A stretch of DNA of 64,000 bases from Candidatus Marinacidobacterales bacterium (GCA_965237955.1 OZ250169.1:6144001-6208000), one strand, 5' to 3'; positions 27,895 through 37,619 are shown, numbered from the stretch's first letter. Program-made: numbers and translations. The notes: generated by a model from the sequence alone, not told the origin.

Positions 27895-30576
27895 GTGATG
27901 AAGGTTAGAGAGATACGGAAGCGCTTTCTCGACTACTTTGCTCAAAACGAGCACAGGGTCGTTCAGAGCTCCTCTCTCGTTCCCCTAGACGATCCCACGC
28001 TCTTGTTCGTGAACGCGGGGATGAACCAGTTCAAGGACGTCTTCCTCGGACTCGAAACCCGCGACTATCGCCGGGCGGCGACCGTTCAGAAGTGTGTCCG
28101 CGCCGGTGGCAAGCACAACGACCTCGAAAACGTCGGCGTGACCGCGCGTCACCACACGTTCTTCGAGATGCTCGGGAACTTCTCGTTCGGCGATTATTTC
28201 AAGAAAGAAGCCATCGATTTCGCGTGGAAGTTTCTCGTCGATGAGCTCGGGCTCGACCCCGAGCGACTCGCGGTCACGATTTTCGAAGGTGATGACGACG
28301 TCGAGCGCGACGGCGAAGCTCACGAATTTTGGAGCAAATACCTCCCTCCAGAAAAAATCCGGGAGCTCGGGAAAAAAGACAACTTCTGGTCCATGGGCGA
28401 CACCGGGCCGTGCGGTCCATGCTCCGAAGTGCACTTCTATCAAGGTGACGATTTCCCGTGTGACCAGCCCGAGTGTCTCGGCGTCGCTTGCGAGTGCGAT
28501 CGCTGGCTCGAGATCTGGAACCTCGTGTTCATGCAGTTCGACCGGAGCGAGGACGGAACGCTCACTCGCCTTCCCGCGCCGAGCGTGGATACCGGGATGG
28601 GGCTCGAGCGAATCGCGGCCGTCGTTCAAGGCGTCCTGAGTAACTACGATACCGACCTGTTCACGACGCTTGTGGACGCGATATGCACCCGCACCAAGAA
28701 GACGTACCGTGGCTCGAGCTCGGACGACGACGTCTCGCTGCGCGTCATTGCCGACCACGTCCGTGCCACGACGTTTCTGATCTCCGATGGTGTCATGCCC
28801 GCCAACGAGGGGCGCGGCTACGTGCTGCGCAAAATCATGCGTCGAGCCATGCGCCACGGAAAGAAACTGGGCGTCGACGAGCCGTTTCTCCACGAGCTGA
28901 CGGAGACGGTCATCGAGGAAATGCAAGACGCATATCCCGATCTGTTGCTCGGGCGCGAGTTGGTTCGCCGCGTCGTCCGCTCCGAAGAAGAGCGCTTCCG
29001 CACCACCCTCGCCACCGGCATCGCCGCTCTCGAAGAAAAACTCGCTCTGCCCGGCGTGATCGAAAAGAAAGTGCTACCGGGCGCCGACGCGTTCAAGCTT
29101 TACGACACCTTCGGCGTGCCGCTCGATCTCCTCGAAGATATCGCCGACGAATCGGGCGTCGCCATTGACCAGGACGGGTTCGAGAAGGAAATGGAAGGCC
29201 AGCGCAAGAAAGCGCGGGAGTCGTGGAAGAAGACGGCTGCGGTTCCGGATCGAACCATTTATGGTGAGCTCCGAGGACGCTTCGAGACCCGTTTCGATGG
29301 CTACGCCCACACCAAAGAAGCGGGCCGCGTGTTGGCGATGACTCGAGACGGCGTCGAAGTTTCGGAGCTTTCCCAAGGTGACGAGGGCGAAGTGTTTCTC
29401 GACACCACGCCGTTTTATCCCGAGGGTGGTGGCCAAGTTGGCGATCGAGGTGTCCTGGCCGGCCCGGACGGCGTGGCTGACGTTCTCGATACACAATCCG
29501 CCGTTGCCGGTCTCATCGCTCACCGGGTCAAAATAGCCAAGGGAACGTTGGGTCGCGACCAGCACATCACCGCAACGGTGGATCATGCACGCCGTACCGG
29601 CGCCGCTTCGCACCACACGATGACTCACATGCTCCACGCGGCTTTACGGGAAACGCTCGGCCCGCACGTCAAACAGGCCGGCTCGCTCGTGGCGCCGAAC
29701 CGGCTCCGATTCGACTTCTCCCACTTCGCGCCGCTTACACCCGGCGAGCTCGAGCAAATCGAAGGTCGCGTGAACGAGAAAATCCAAACCGACCTCGAGG
29801 TGACGTCGGAGACGCTTCCGATCGACGAAGCCCTCGCTCGCGGCGCGATCGCCTTCTTCGGCGAGAAGTACGGCGACAAAGTACGCATCGTCGAGATTCC
29901 GGAGTTCAGCCTCGAGCTTTGCGGTGGCACGCACCTCGGTCGCACCGGTGAAGCTGGACCGTTCGTGATCACGAGCGAATCATCGGTTGCTTCCGGAATC
30001 CGGCGCATCGAAGCGTTGACCGGGCTCGCTGCGGTGGCGCACTTTCGCTCGCGGCTGTCCCTCATCGAAGACGCGAGCAAGGTGTTACGTACTCGCCCGG
30101 AAGAGCTCGCGCGCGCGGCGGAGCGGCTTCGCGACGACTTGAAACAAAGAGAGCGCGAGATCGAACGCCTGAAGCTGAAGCTCGCCACGGGTACGAGCGG
30201 TCAGTCGGAGTCCGCGGAGACGACCGTAGGCGACGTGGTGATCTGGACCCCGGCGCCTCTCGAAGGCTACGGCAAGAAAGAGCATCGTCAATTCGTGGAT
30301 GCGTTCAAGGACAAAAACGCCGCAACTCCGTGGGTCGCGATCTCCGCCGCGGTGAGCGACGGTAAAGTCTCGCTCATCGTCGAAGTCTCCCCGGATCTCA
30401 CCGAGCAGATCCGCGCCGATCAGCTCATCAAGAACCTCGCCACCATCATTGAGGGACACGGGGGCGGCAAGGCCGAGCGGGCCGAGGCGGGCGGACGGTT
30501 CCCGGAACGACTTCCCGAGCTTCTAGAACGTGCGCGTGAACGGGTACGCCTCGCACTGGAGGGCCAGCGTGTCTAA
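27895..30576 (+). CDS. alaS: Alanine--tRNA ligase
   Basis: DPTLLFVNAGMNQFK, HHTFFEMLGNFSFGDYFK, DTGMGLER, HHTMTHMLH, ELCGGTH, GGG C-terminus. Confidence 0.98.
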   Translation: MMKVREIRKRFLDYFAQNEHRVVQSSSLVPLDDPTLLFVNAGMNQFKDVFLGLETRDYRRAATVQKCVRAGGKHNDLENVGVTARHHTFFEMLGNFSFGDYFKKEAIDFAWKFLVDELGLDPERLAVTIFEGDDDVERDGEAHEFWSKYLPPEKIRELGKKDNFWSMGDTGPCGPCSEVHFYQGDDFPCDQPECLGVACECDRWLEIWNLVFMQFDRSEDGTLTRLPAPSVDTGMGLERIAAVVQGVLSNYDTDLFTTLVDAICTRTKKTYRGSSSDDDVSLRVIADHVRATTFLISDGVMPANEGRGYVLRKIMRRAMRHGKKLGVDEPFLHELTETVIEEMQDAYPDLLLGRELVRRVVRSEEERFRTTLATGIAALEEKLALPGVIEKKVLPGADAFKLYDTFGVPLDLLEDIADESGVAIDQDGFEKEMEGQRKKARESWKKTAAVPDRTIYGELRGRFETRFDGYAHTKEAGRVLAMTRDGVEVSELSQGDEGEVFLDTTPFYPEGGGQVGDRGVLAGPDGVADVLDTQSAVAGLIAHRVKIAKGTLGRDQHITATVDHARRTGAASHHTMTHMLHAALRETLGPHVKQAGSLVAPNRLRFDFSHFAPLTPGELEQIEGRVNEKIQTDLEVTSETLPIDEALARGAIAFFGEKYGDKVRIVEIPEFSLELCGGTHLGRTGEAGPFVITSESSVASGIRRIEALTGLAAVAHFRSRLSLIEDASKVLRTRPEELARAAERLRDDLKQREREIERLKLKLATGTSGQSESAETTVGDVVIWTPAPLEGYGKKEHRQFVDAFKDKNAATPWVAISAAVSDGKVSLIVEVSPDLTEQIRADQLIKNLATIIEGHGGGKAERAEAGGRFPERLPELLERARERVRLALEGQRV

Positions 30577-31462
30577 ATCCCCGTACATCCTGATCGGGCT
30601 TATCGGGCTTATCGTAGTCTCTACTTTTGCGGCCGCCGTCGCCGAGGCGCAGGTCTACGGTTATACGGACGAGAACGGCATCCTCATCCTTTCGAACGTT
30701 CCCACGGACGACAAAATGCGGCTCATCGCCGATGGCACCGCCGAGGAGGCGGGCAGGACATGGCGCTACTCGGGTCAATACGAGGCCATGATCATGAAAG
30801 CTTCCCGTTTGTTCGGCGTCGATTCTGCGCTCGTTCGGGCCGTCATCGCCGTCGAGTCGGCATTCAATCGCTACGCGCGCTCGCACAAAGGTGCCCGAGG
30901 TCTGATGCAGCTCATGCCAGCGACCGGGCGTCGATACGGGGTCGTGAACGCCTACGATCCGTGGCAAAACATCCGTGGCGGTACGGCGCACTTGAAGGAG
31001 CTTATCGACGAGTTCGACGACCTCAACCTCGCGCTCGCCGCCTACAACGCCGGCGCGACCCCCGTCCACCGCTACAACGGCATCCCACCGTACAAAGAAA
31101 CGCGCAACTACGTCCGCAGGGTGATGGCGATTTACCGTGCCGGCAGCAGAATCCAGATTGTCAAGGGTGGCAAAACGTATAGCATCGGCCAACCCGGCGG
31201 GAAAACTCGGGTGACGCAATTTCACGGCGGTGGAGCTCCTACCGCAAACCCCGGCGCCGCTCCGTCGACGCTCGCGGAGCTCGCCCGCCGCAACCGCCAG
31301 CGCTCCGCAACCTTCCAGAGTCCGCAGACAGCGGCACAAGTGCTTCAACAACAACAGGATACAGGCAGGCTGCTCTACTATCGCTACGTCGATCCCGAGG
31401 GGGTCGTGCGCATCACGCGCACACGACCCACCACTTATCCTTACGACGTTTTGGACCCATAA
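30569..31462 (+). CDS. Secreted lytic transglycosylase (SLT domain) with DUF4124-like terminal domains
   Basis: Signal peptide; VYGYTDENG; AVIAVES.FN..A.S.KGA.GLMQLMP, LAAYNAG, ET..YV; C-terminal YRYVDPEG. Confidence 0.9.
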   Translation: MSKSPYILIGLIGLIVVSTFAAAVAEAQVYGYTDENGILILSNVPTDDKMRLIADGTAEEAGRTWRYSGQYEAMIMKASRLFGVDSALVRAVIAVESAFNRYARSHKGARGLMQLMPATGRRYGVVNAYDPWQNIRGGTAHLKELIDEFDDLNLALAAYNAGATPVHRYNGIPPYKETRNYVRRVMAIYRAGSRIQIVKGGKTYSIGQPGGKTRVTQFHGGGAPTANPGAAPSTLAELARRNRQRSATFQSPQTAAQVLQQQQDTGRLLYYRYVDPEGVVRITRTRPTTYPYDVLDP

Positions 31463-31570
31463 TCAGGCGAGTTTCCGCGCGCGGGAACGGGCAAACTCTT
31501 CCCGATTTGGGACAGTATTGATTGCCTCGGTCGGTTCCCAACGCCAGGTCGAACGGATCACAAAGAGTCT

Positions 31571-33298
31571 ATGGCCAACCAATCGTCGACGCCCTTCGAT
31601 CAAGGTCTCTTTCTCGTTCATTTGAATCGAGGACGAGAGCACTTCGACAAGCGGAGCTTCGTCGACGCCGCCGAGGAGCTCGAAGAGGCCCGGCGTCTCA
31701 GGCCCGACGACGATTCCGTCCTGAACCTGCTCGGGCTCGCGTACTTCAAACAAGAGAAGTACAAGGACGCCGACTCGGTTTATCGCAAGCTCATCGAGCT
31801 CAACCCCGAGTCCTATACCCTGCACTTCAATCTCGGGCTCGTGTGTTTCAAGACCGGCGACCTCGACAACGCAGAAGCGATTTTCCTACGCGTGCTCGAG
31901 CTCAAGCCCGACAACCAGAAGACCCACTTCTATCTCGGCAACATCTACGAGAAGAAGAAGCAGTTCTATAACGCCATCTTTCAATATCGCAAAGCCGGCG
32001 CCAACATCATGGTGAAGCGGGTTCAGCAAAAAATCGATCAGGACCGCCCGACGGAGCAACCGGCGGATGCAGACTTCACCGTACCGACGCCGAGTCCGGA
32101 AGACACCTCACCCAATGTGACCGCAGCCAAGGACGCCGGCGAGCTTGAGCCCATGGGGCCGGACACTCTCGAGAAGGTCAATGTCGATCACATCGACCGC
32201 CGGCGCTTTCTGAGCGCGCTTCAACGCGATCTCTTCAGCGACAACCCTCTCCGGCCGCCGAGCGAAGTCGCATCGGTAACCGTGGGCGAGGAGACGTCAC
32301 CCGATATCGAGCCGCCTCAGCCGAAAGCGCCCGACACCCAAGAAGAGATTTTGTCGGTCGAGGAACAATCGGTCATCGCCGACGCGATCGAAGACAAGGC
32401 TTCCACAAGCGACGAGACCATACCGCCGACAGCCGTTCCCGAGAAAACGTCGGGGAGCCGACTGCGGCTGACGGAGCCCATCGTTCCCGATCTATCGCTT
32501 TCCGATATGGCGAAGGACAAAGTGCCGGCGAGCGCGAGTGAGAAGCTCTTTTCCGACCGTCGCCACGGTGAGCGACGCGGCCCGCCCAGCGTCGACATTC
32601 CACCGGCAGAGGCGCTCCGTGCAGGCGAATCGGACAAGTATGGACAACCCAAGCTACTGACCTGGGGAGGACAGGAGCAACGCGGCGCCGAGTCGAGTGT
32701 GTACGCACGCATGCGAAGGCGCGACGATATCTTTCGCTACCTCGAGAACAACCTCATGGAGGTCAACTTCTCGGGCAAGGTGTTCATCAAACAGGGGACA
32801 ATCTACAGCTACAGCGGCAACCTCACGTTCTGGGTCAAACCGCAACGTGAAGAGTCAGTGCCGCCGCTCGTGATCGTAAGCGGTACCGGGAAGCTCCTAC
32901 TCACCGATCGGCAACGCGACATCAGCGTGATGCAAATCGAAGACGAGGAGATCTTCGTTGAACCGTCCCACTTGCTTGCATGTCAAGAAACCTTGACGCC
33001 TCGCTACGCTGTCATCGAAAAAGACGACGGTACGCCGGGCCTACACGTTCTGATGATCAAGGGAGCAGGTGTCCTCGCGCTCTCGGTGGCAACGAGCCCG
33101 TTGCTCCTCACCGTACAAAAACCCTATCCCGTGAACGTCTCGAGCTCGAGCCTTATCTCGTGGACGGGCGAACTCGCGCCCACGATCGTCGAGGACGAAG
33201 CGCTGGCGGAGATCATGCTTCCAGGGTCCGCGGAGGGTGTCAACTTGCGACTGGAAGGCGAGGGACGGTTGATAATGGAGAAATCGTCGCCGCGCTAG
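31571..33298 (+). CDS. TPR repeat + acidic linker + AIM24-like domain protein
   Basis: N-terminal TPRs (LNLLGLAYF, HFNLGLV, HFYLGNIY); Pro/Glu-rich linker; C-terminal beta-rich AIM24-like region (IYSYSGNL, VSGTGKLLL, LLACQETL, LISWTG, LEGEGRL). Confidence 0.7.
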   Translation: MANQSSTPFDQGLFLVHLNRGREHFDKRSFVDAAEELEEARRLRPDDDSVLNLLGLAYFKQEKYKDADSVYRKLIELNPESYTLHFNLGLVCFKTGDLDNAEAIFLRVLELKPDNQKTHFYLGNIYEKKKQFYNAIFQYRKAGANIMVKRVQQKIDQDRPTEQPADADFTVPTPSPEDTSPNVTAAKDAGELEPMGPDTLEKVNVDHIDRRRFLSALQRDLFSDNPLRPPSEVASVTVGEETSPDIEPPQPKAPDTQEEILSVEEQSVIADAIEDKASTSDETIPPTAVPEKTSGSRLRLTEPIVPDLSLSDMAKDKVPASASEKLFSDRRHGERRGPPSVDIPPAEALRAGESDKYGQPKLLTWGGQEQRGAESSVYARMRRRDDIFRYLENNLMEVNFSGKVFIKQGTIYSYSGNLTFWVKPQREESVPPLVIVSGTGKLLLTDRQRDISVMQIEDEEIFVEPSHLLACQETLTPRYAVIEKDDGTPGLHVLMIKGAGVLALSVATSPLLLTVQKPYPVNVSSSSLISWTGELAPTIVEDEALAEIMLPGSAEGVNLRLEGEGRLIMEKSSPR

Positions 33299-33323
33299 AC
33301 CGCTACCTCAACCCCAAAAAACA

Positions 33324-33411
33324 AACGCAAAGGCGCAAGGACGCAAGGGCGCAAAGAACCCGAGTCGAGCGAGATGAATCGGCCCCCTTTGCGTCTTTGC
33401 GCCTTTGCGTT
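33324..33411. repeat. Octamer-based (RCGCAAAG) inverted-repeat element between convergent genes
   Basis: AACGCAAAGGCGCAAGGACGCAAGG vs CTTTGCGTCTTTGCGCCTTTGCGTT, 23/25 complementary. Confidence 0.8.
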
Positions 33412-33424
33412 AAATTACTTCCAG

Positions 33425-34642
33425 TCACTTGATTCCCGTTCTCTCGAAGACGACTTCCCTCCCGCCCGCCTTGATCGTGTAACCGGAGGCACCGAACCGT
33501 GCGTCCATGTGGGCTGCGAGCGCGGCTTCGAACTCGCGCGCGTCCTTGGACGTGTCCCACACGCTTCGCCAAATGAGCGAGTAGCCATCGCCGTGCTCGA
33601 GAACAGCGTAGCTGTCGCCGCCCCAACCGGCCGCGGCGGTGTTCGCCGTCGCGCTCGACGCTCCGTCACCGAGAAGCACGCGGATCAAGAGCTCGCCGAG
33701 GCGGCCTTCGAAATCGACGGTGCGGCCCCGTGCTTCCGGAAGCGTCACCTCGACCGGCTCGTCCGAGCCATCGAGATACTTCTCCGGGTGGAGCACCTGT
33801 TCCATCGAACGCGGGGGCGTTTGAAGCGAATCATTCAGAAGCGCGAAGCCACCTAGCTCGTGGACGGCCACCGCGAAATTGAGTCCTTGAAAATAGGGGG
33901 CCAAAAGCTGCTCCTGGACGATGGGCGGAGCACCCTGCAATGCGGGGAAGGCGAACATCTCCGCAACCTCTGAGCCCGACATGCCCTGGAACGCCTGGCC
34001 GAACTCGGGAGCGAGTGACACCATGTATTGCTTCATCACGAGAAACGCGTCACCTTCGATGAGAGAAAGGGCCGCGAGGTGACGGTCATCGAAATAGCTT
34101 TCGACCTGAAACTTGTCCCGAATCACCACGTGCTGATCCTGTACAGCGTGCCGGAGCTCGTGCGAAAGGACGATCTGGTTCATCAAGCCGAGAGTACGGC
34201 CCGAGGAGATCGCGTAGAGTCTTTTGACGCCGGGTCGCTCATCGTAGAAGCCGGCGATGTTCTCGTTGAGCACGCGTTCTCGAATCTCTCTGAGATCCTG
34301 GTGCTCGTCGAGAAAGCCGAAAACTCTGAGCGCACGTTCTTCTCGCTCCGCGAACTCCACCGGGTAATCTTCTTCAAACCAATCGCGAATGTATCGAGCG
34401 AGCTCTCCTCTCGACATGAAATCGATAGGTACTTTGGTGCGAAACGACAGCCCGCCAATCTCTTCGACACGCCGCGCGAGCTCGTCGGCCTCGACGGGAG
34501 GAAGCCCGAGCATCACCGCGAGCTGGTCCAGCTGATTCGCAATCTGGGCGTCGTCGACTTGGATCGCGTACGCGTGTTTCGATGACGCAACGAGCGTTAG
34601 CGCCGCCGCGGCGGCGAGAAGCGAGTGAGCGATCTGTTTCAT
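33425..34642 (-). CDS. Secreted putative zinc metallopeptidase (HExxH)
   Basis: Signal peptide; IAGFYD, LSHELRHAVQDQH, LSLIEGDA, PY..G..F, PP.S.EQVLHPEKY, GWGGD. Confidence 0.7.
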   Translation of the reverse strand: MKQIAHSLLAAAAALTLVASSKHAYAIQVDDAQIANQLDQLAVMLGLPPVEADELARRVEEIGGLSFRTKVPIDFMSRGELARYIRDWFEEDYPVEFAEREERALRVFGFLDEHQDLREIRERVLNENIAGFYDERPGVKRLYAISSGRTLGLMNQIVLSHELRHAVQDQHVVIRDKFQVESYFDDRHLAALSLIEGDAFLVMKQYMVSLAPEFGQAFQGMSGSEVAEMFAFPALQGAPPIVQEQLLAPYFQGLNFAVAVHELGGFALLNDSLQTPPRSMEQVLHPEKYLDGSDEPVEVTLPEARGRTVDFEGRLGELLIRVLLGDGASSATANTAAAGWGGDSYAVLEHGDGYSLIWRSVWDTSKDAREFEAALAAHMDARFGASGYTIKAGGREVVFERTGIK

Positions 34643-34701
34643 GCTGGTTTGACCTTCCACAAAAAGGATACCGCCCCGACGGACGATCTCCAAAGAGGGT
34701 A

Positions 34702-35286
34702 CTACGCGGCTTGTGGTTGCTCGAGAATGGCTTGGAAGCGGCAGTTGTCGTCGCCCTGCCCGCGGCAACTTCGCTCGGTGACGGAGCAGCAGCGAATCTC
34801 GGCTTTGTCGAGCAAGCCCGCGAACAGAGCGGAGTAGAAATGACACCGCTTTTGGCCGCCATCCTCGGCGGGGGTATGGCAGAACAGCGAGTTGTCGACG
34901 GTGACGAGGAGGTTCTCGCCTTCGCGCTTGACCGATAGTTGGGCGTCTTTGTGGATGCTGCGAAGCCCGCTGTGAAGGAGATGTTTGACGAGGCGCTCGC
35001 GCCCGAAACGCGGCAAGCTGCCCAGGAGCCGTCTTTTGATCGGCGAGAAGTCGCCAAAGGCATGCTCGGACGCGTTCCGGCCAGCGGTATCGATCACTTT
35101 CTCGTAGAGGGTCGGGTTTCTACGCAGGTAGCCCACCGCCCCGATCACGGTGGCGATGTGAAAGTGGGTCTGTCGCGCAGACGGGTCGAAGCACTGGCTG
35201 AAGACTTCGAGCTCTTCCGGCGCGTGCCCTTCGAGCGCTTTTTGGAGGCTGGTCACGAAAAGCCGTTCGACCTGGACTTCAATCAT
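34702..35286 (-). CDS. V4R-domain (BchJ-like) protein
   Basis: C-terminal CHFY...FAGLL....VTERSCRGQGDDNCRF V4R signature. Confidence 0.65.
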   Translation of the reverse strand: MIEVQVERLFVTSLQKALEGHAPEELEVFSQCFDPSARQTHFHIATVIGAVGYLRRNPTLYEKVIDTAGRNASEHAFGDFSPIKRRLLGSLPRFGRERLVKHLLHSGLRSIHKDAQLSVKREGENLLVTVDNSLFCHTPAEDGGQKRCHFYSALFAGLLDKAEIRCCSVTERSCRGQGDDNCRFQAILEQPQAA

Positions 35287-35447
35287 CGCGGTGAGGGCCG
35301 TGAGACCCGTGAGAGAAGCCTCGGAGTGCCAGAGGGCCGACGGGGTATTGCCCGGTCTTTGTGCGCGCCGGTATCATAAGCTAAGCTCGGATATTCTCGC
35401 GAGTATACCACTCGCCTAGTTGCGCCCAAAACCGATGCCCGAAACTG

Positions 35448-36053
35448 ATGATTGACATTGAAGGAGCCATCCTCGCCGGCGGCCAAAGTTCCCGGATGGG
35501 CCGGGACAAATCGGCGCTCGTTCTCGGCGGAGTGTCGGTGCTCGAGCGCGTCGGGGGCTCGATGGCCCCGCTCGTCGGCCGCATCCGCGTCATCGGCGAC
35601 CGGGTCACCGAGCCCAGGGGCTACGCGGTGCAACCCGATCTCAGGCCGGGACTCGGCCCGTTGTCGGGCATTCACGCCGCGCTCGCGACCGCCGAATCTT
35701 CGACGGTGCTCGTGGTCGCGTGCGACCTTCCGTTCGTCACTACGGAGCTCCTCGCCGGCATCATCGCGCTGTTGGAATACGGAACCGATGCCGTCGTGCC
35801 CCGAGTGTCCGGACGCGCGGTACCGGTGTGCGCTCTCTACCGCAGAGCTTGCCTCGAGCGTCTTCAAGCATGCCTCGATAATAGGGAGCTGAAAGCCCAG
35901 CAGTTCGTGGCGAGCCTCGCGACAACCTACGTGGACGAGGACGTCCTCGAGCGTATCAACTCCCCGAGGTCCCACAGGATCTGCTTGAAGAACATCAACA
36001 CCCCGGAGGATTTCGAACAAGCGCAAGCGATCGCTGCCGAAGAGCTCAAGTAG
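35448..36053 (+). CDS. mobA: Molybdenum cofactor guanylyltransferase MobA
   Basis: ILAGGQSSRMGRDK, GPLSGI, VACDLPF, NINTPED. Confidence 0.93.
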   Translation: MIDIEGAILAGGQSSRMGRDKSALVLGGVSVLERVGGSMAPLVGRIRVIGDRVTEPRGYAVQPDLRPGLGPLSGIHAALATAESSTVLVVACDLPFVTTELLAGIIALLEYGTDAVVPRVSGRAVPVCALYRRACLERLQACLDNRELKAQQFVASLATTYVDEDVLERINSPRSHRICLKNINTPEDFEQAQAIAAEELK

Positions 36054-36369
36054 CGTCGAGCACCGTTCCTTCGCTCGACGCCACGTAGCACGCGGCAGTG
36101 GCGTCACCGGTAACGTCGACGACGGTACGCCCCATATCGAGGATGCGCTCGACTCCGAGGACGAGTGCCAGCCCCTCGCCGGGGATGCCGAAGTGCAACA
36201 GCACGAGCACGATGATGGGGAGCGAACCGCTCGGAACACCTGCCGCCGCCACCGCCGTCAGCACCGAGAACGCGACGACCGAGAGCTGGTCGGCAACACC
36301 CATCGCCACGCCGAACACTTGGGCAAGAAAGAGCACGACCACGGTGACGAACAGCGCGGTGCCGTTCAT
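36046..36369 (-). pseudogene. C-terminal remnant of a dicarboxylate/amino acid:cation symporter (GltP/DAACS)
   Basis: MNGTALF (NMDGT-like), AAGVPSGSL, LALVLGVERILDMGRT..VTGDA; the upstream bulk of the gene is absent and the break abuts a repeat element. Confidence 0.82.
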
Positions 36370-36384
36370 GTCGGGGGCTTCTTC

Positions 36385-36558
36385 TCACCGAGGCGCAGAG
36401 CACGCAAAGGCAACGCAGAGAAAAGCAAAAAACGGAAAGTCGCGACGGCGAGAGAAGCGATCAGGTTGCAGGCGCTTCATATTCACGCCGTCGCAACCTC
36501 GCGACCCTACGTTTCTTCCCTCTGCGTTTCCTCTGCGTCCTTTGCGCCTCTGCGGTGA
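36385..36558. repeat. Octamer-based (RCGCAGAG/RCGCAAAG) inverted-repeat element, same family as 33324-33411
   Basis: TCACCGAGGCGCAGAGCACGCAAAGGCAACGCAGAG vs CTCTGCGTTTCCTCTGCGTCCTTTGCGCCTCTGCGGTGA. Confidence 0.8.
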
Positions 36559-36567
36559 TTTGTTTCT

Positions 36568-37089
36568 TTAAGGGAATTCTCGTTGACGCCGATCGTTCCC
36601 ACGTCCGCGGACTTGGCGCATCATTTCCCCGAGCCTCCTCTGAAGCTCGACCTCGAGGATGCGGTAGCGCGCTCGCTGGCGGATGTCGAGGTTGGCGTCG
36701 ATGGCCGCGTAGCGACTCCTCTCGTTGGCCGCAAAGTCGTCGCGTAGCGTGTCGAGCTCGCTCAAGAGCGGTTGCAGCTCGCTCTCCCCCGCTTGCTCAC
36801 GCTGTAGCGTCTGCCGCATCTGCCTCAGAACTTGCATGCGGTCGCGGCGATAACCGCGCCTCGTGTCCGATAGCTTCTTCTGCGCGACCACCATGGCGCC
36901 GAACTGCTCGTCGGTCAGGTCAAGCGAATCCTGAAGCTTGCTTAGGATGTAAGCCTCCATCATGCCTTCGACTTCCTGGCGATTCGGCTGAGGATTCCGC
37001 TCCCGATTCTGCTCGGTCGATCCCGTCGCCATAGCGAAGACGGGCAACAGCACAAACGCTAGCAGTAGTTTCTTGCTCAATATCTTCAT
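36568..37089 (-). CDS. Spy/CpxP-like periplasmic helical protein
   Basis: Signal peptide, LDLTDEQ motif, helical hairpin, LDIRQRARY; ATGA-coupled to the anti-sigma gene. Confidence 0.7.
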   Translation of the reverse strand: MKILSKKLLLAFVLLPVFAMATGSTEQNRERNPQPNRQEVEGMMEAYILSKLQDSLDLTDEQFGAMVVAQKKLSDTRRGYRRDRMQVLRQMRQTLQREQAGESELQPLLSELDTLRDDFAANERSRYAAIDANLDIRQRARYRILEVELQRRLGEMMRQVRGRGNDRRQREFP

Positions 37090-37619
37090 AGGCTGGACCT
37101 CATTGCTTCCGTCAGCCGCTCGACGAATCGCTGCCGCTCGCCCGGAGTCAGGCCGCCCGGAAACACGAAAGCGTCGAGCGTGAGCTCTTCGAAGGACGGA
37201 GAAGCGACCTCGTCTAACTCTTCGTCCATCGCGCCCGACAGCGCAAGCAAGAACTGGAACTCTTCGTCCTGTTCCAACGGTGGCAGCAGATCTTCCACCT
37301 CTGGCACTTCTACTGATGCAGGCGCGGTTCCGCTCCGGTCGAGGTTCATCCAATACACCGCGCTCACCGCGATGACGACCGCCGCCGCCGTCGCCAACCA
37401 CCGCGAGAAGTTCCGTTGCACCGGTGGCCGCGCGAGAGGCGCTGCGGTCACGACATCTTCATGGAGTATCGCCAACGTTTGCTCGAGCTCTTCGAGCTCC
37501 TGTCGACACTCGGAGCAGTTCTCGAGATGCTGGCGCCAGGGCGCATCGACGGGCGAGCCCTCGAGCACGTCAACGAAAACTTCCGGCGTGAGATGGTCTT
37601 GCTGGCGTTCGCTGGTCAT
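37086..37619 (-). CDS. Zinc-binding (zf-HC2) transmembrane anti-sigma factor
   Basis: HLENCSEC (HxxxCxxC) followed by one TM helix; coupled to the ECF sigma. Confidence 0.85.
   Translation of the reverse strand: MTSERQQDHLTPEVFVDVLEGSPVDAPWRQHLENCSECRQELEELEQTLAILHEDVVTAAPLARPPVQRNFSRWLATAAAVVIAVSAVYWMNLDRSGTAPASVEVPEVEDLLPPLEQDEEFQFLLALSGAMDEELDEVASPSFEELTLDAFVFPGGLTPGERQRFVERLTEAMRSSL

Noticed and set aside
27985-28926. Long antisense ORFs over alaS (likewise over dnaK, iscS and the amidase)
   Set aside because: Expected shadow frames in high-GC DNA; no motifs or RBS.
33324-36558. Repeat tracts as CRISPR arrays
   Set aside because: Units are 6-9 nt, tandem and inverted, with no regular unique spacers and no cas genes in the window.
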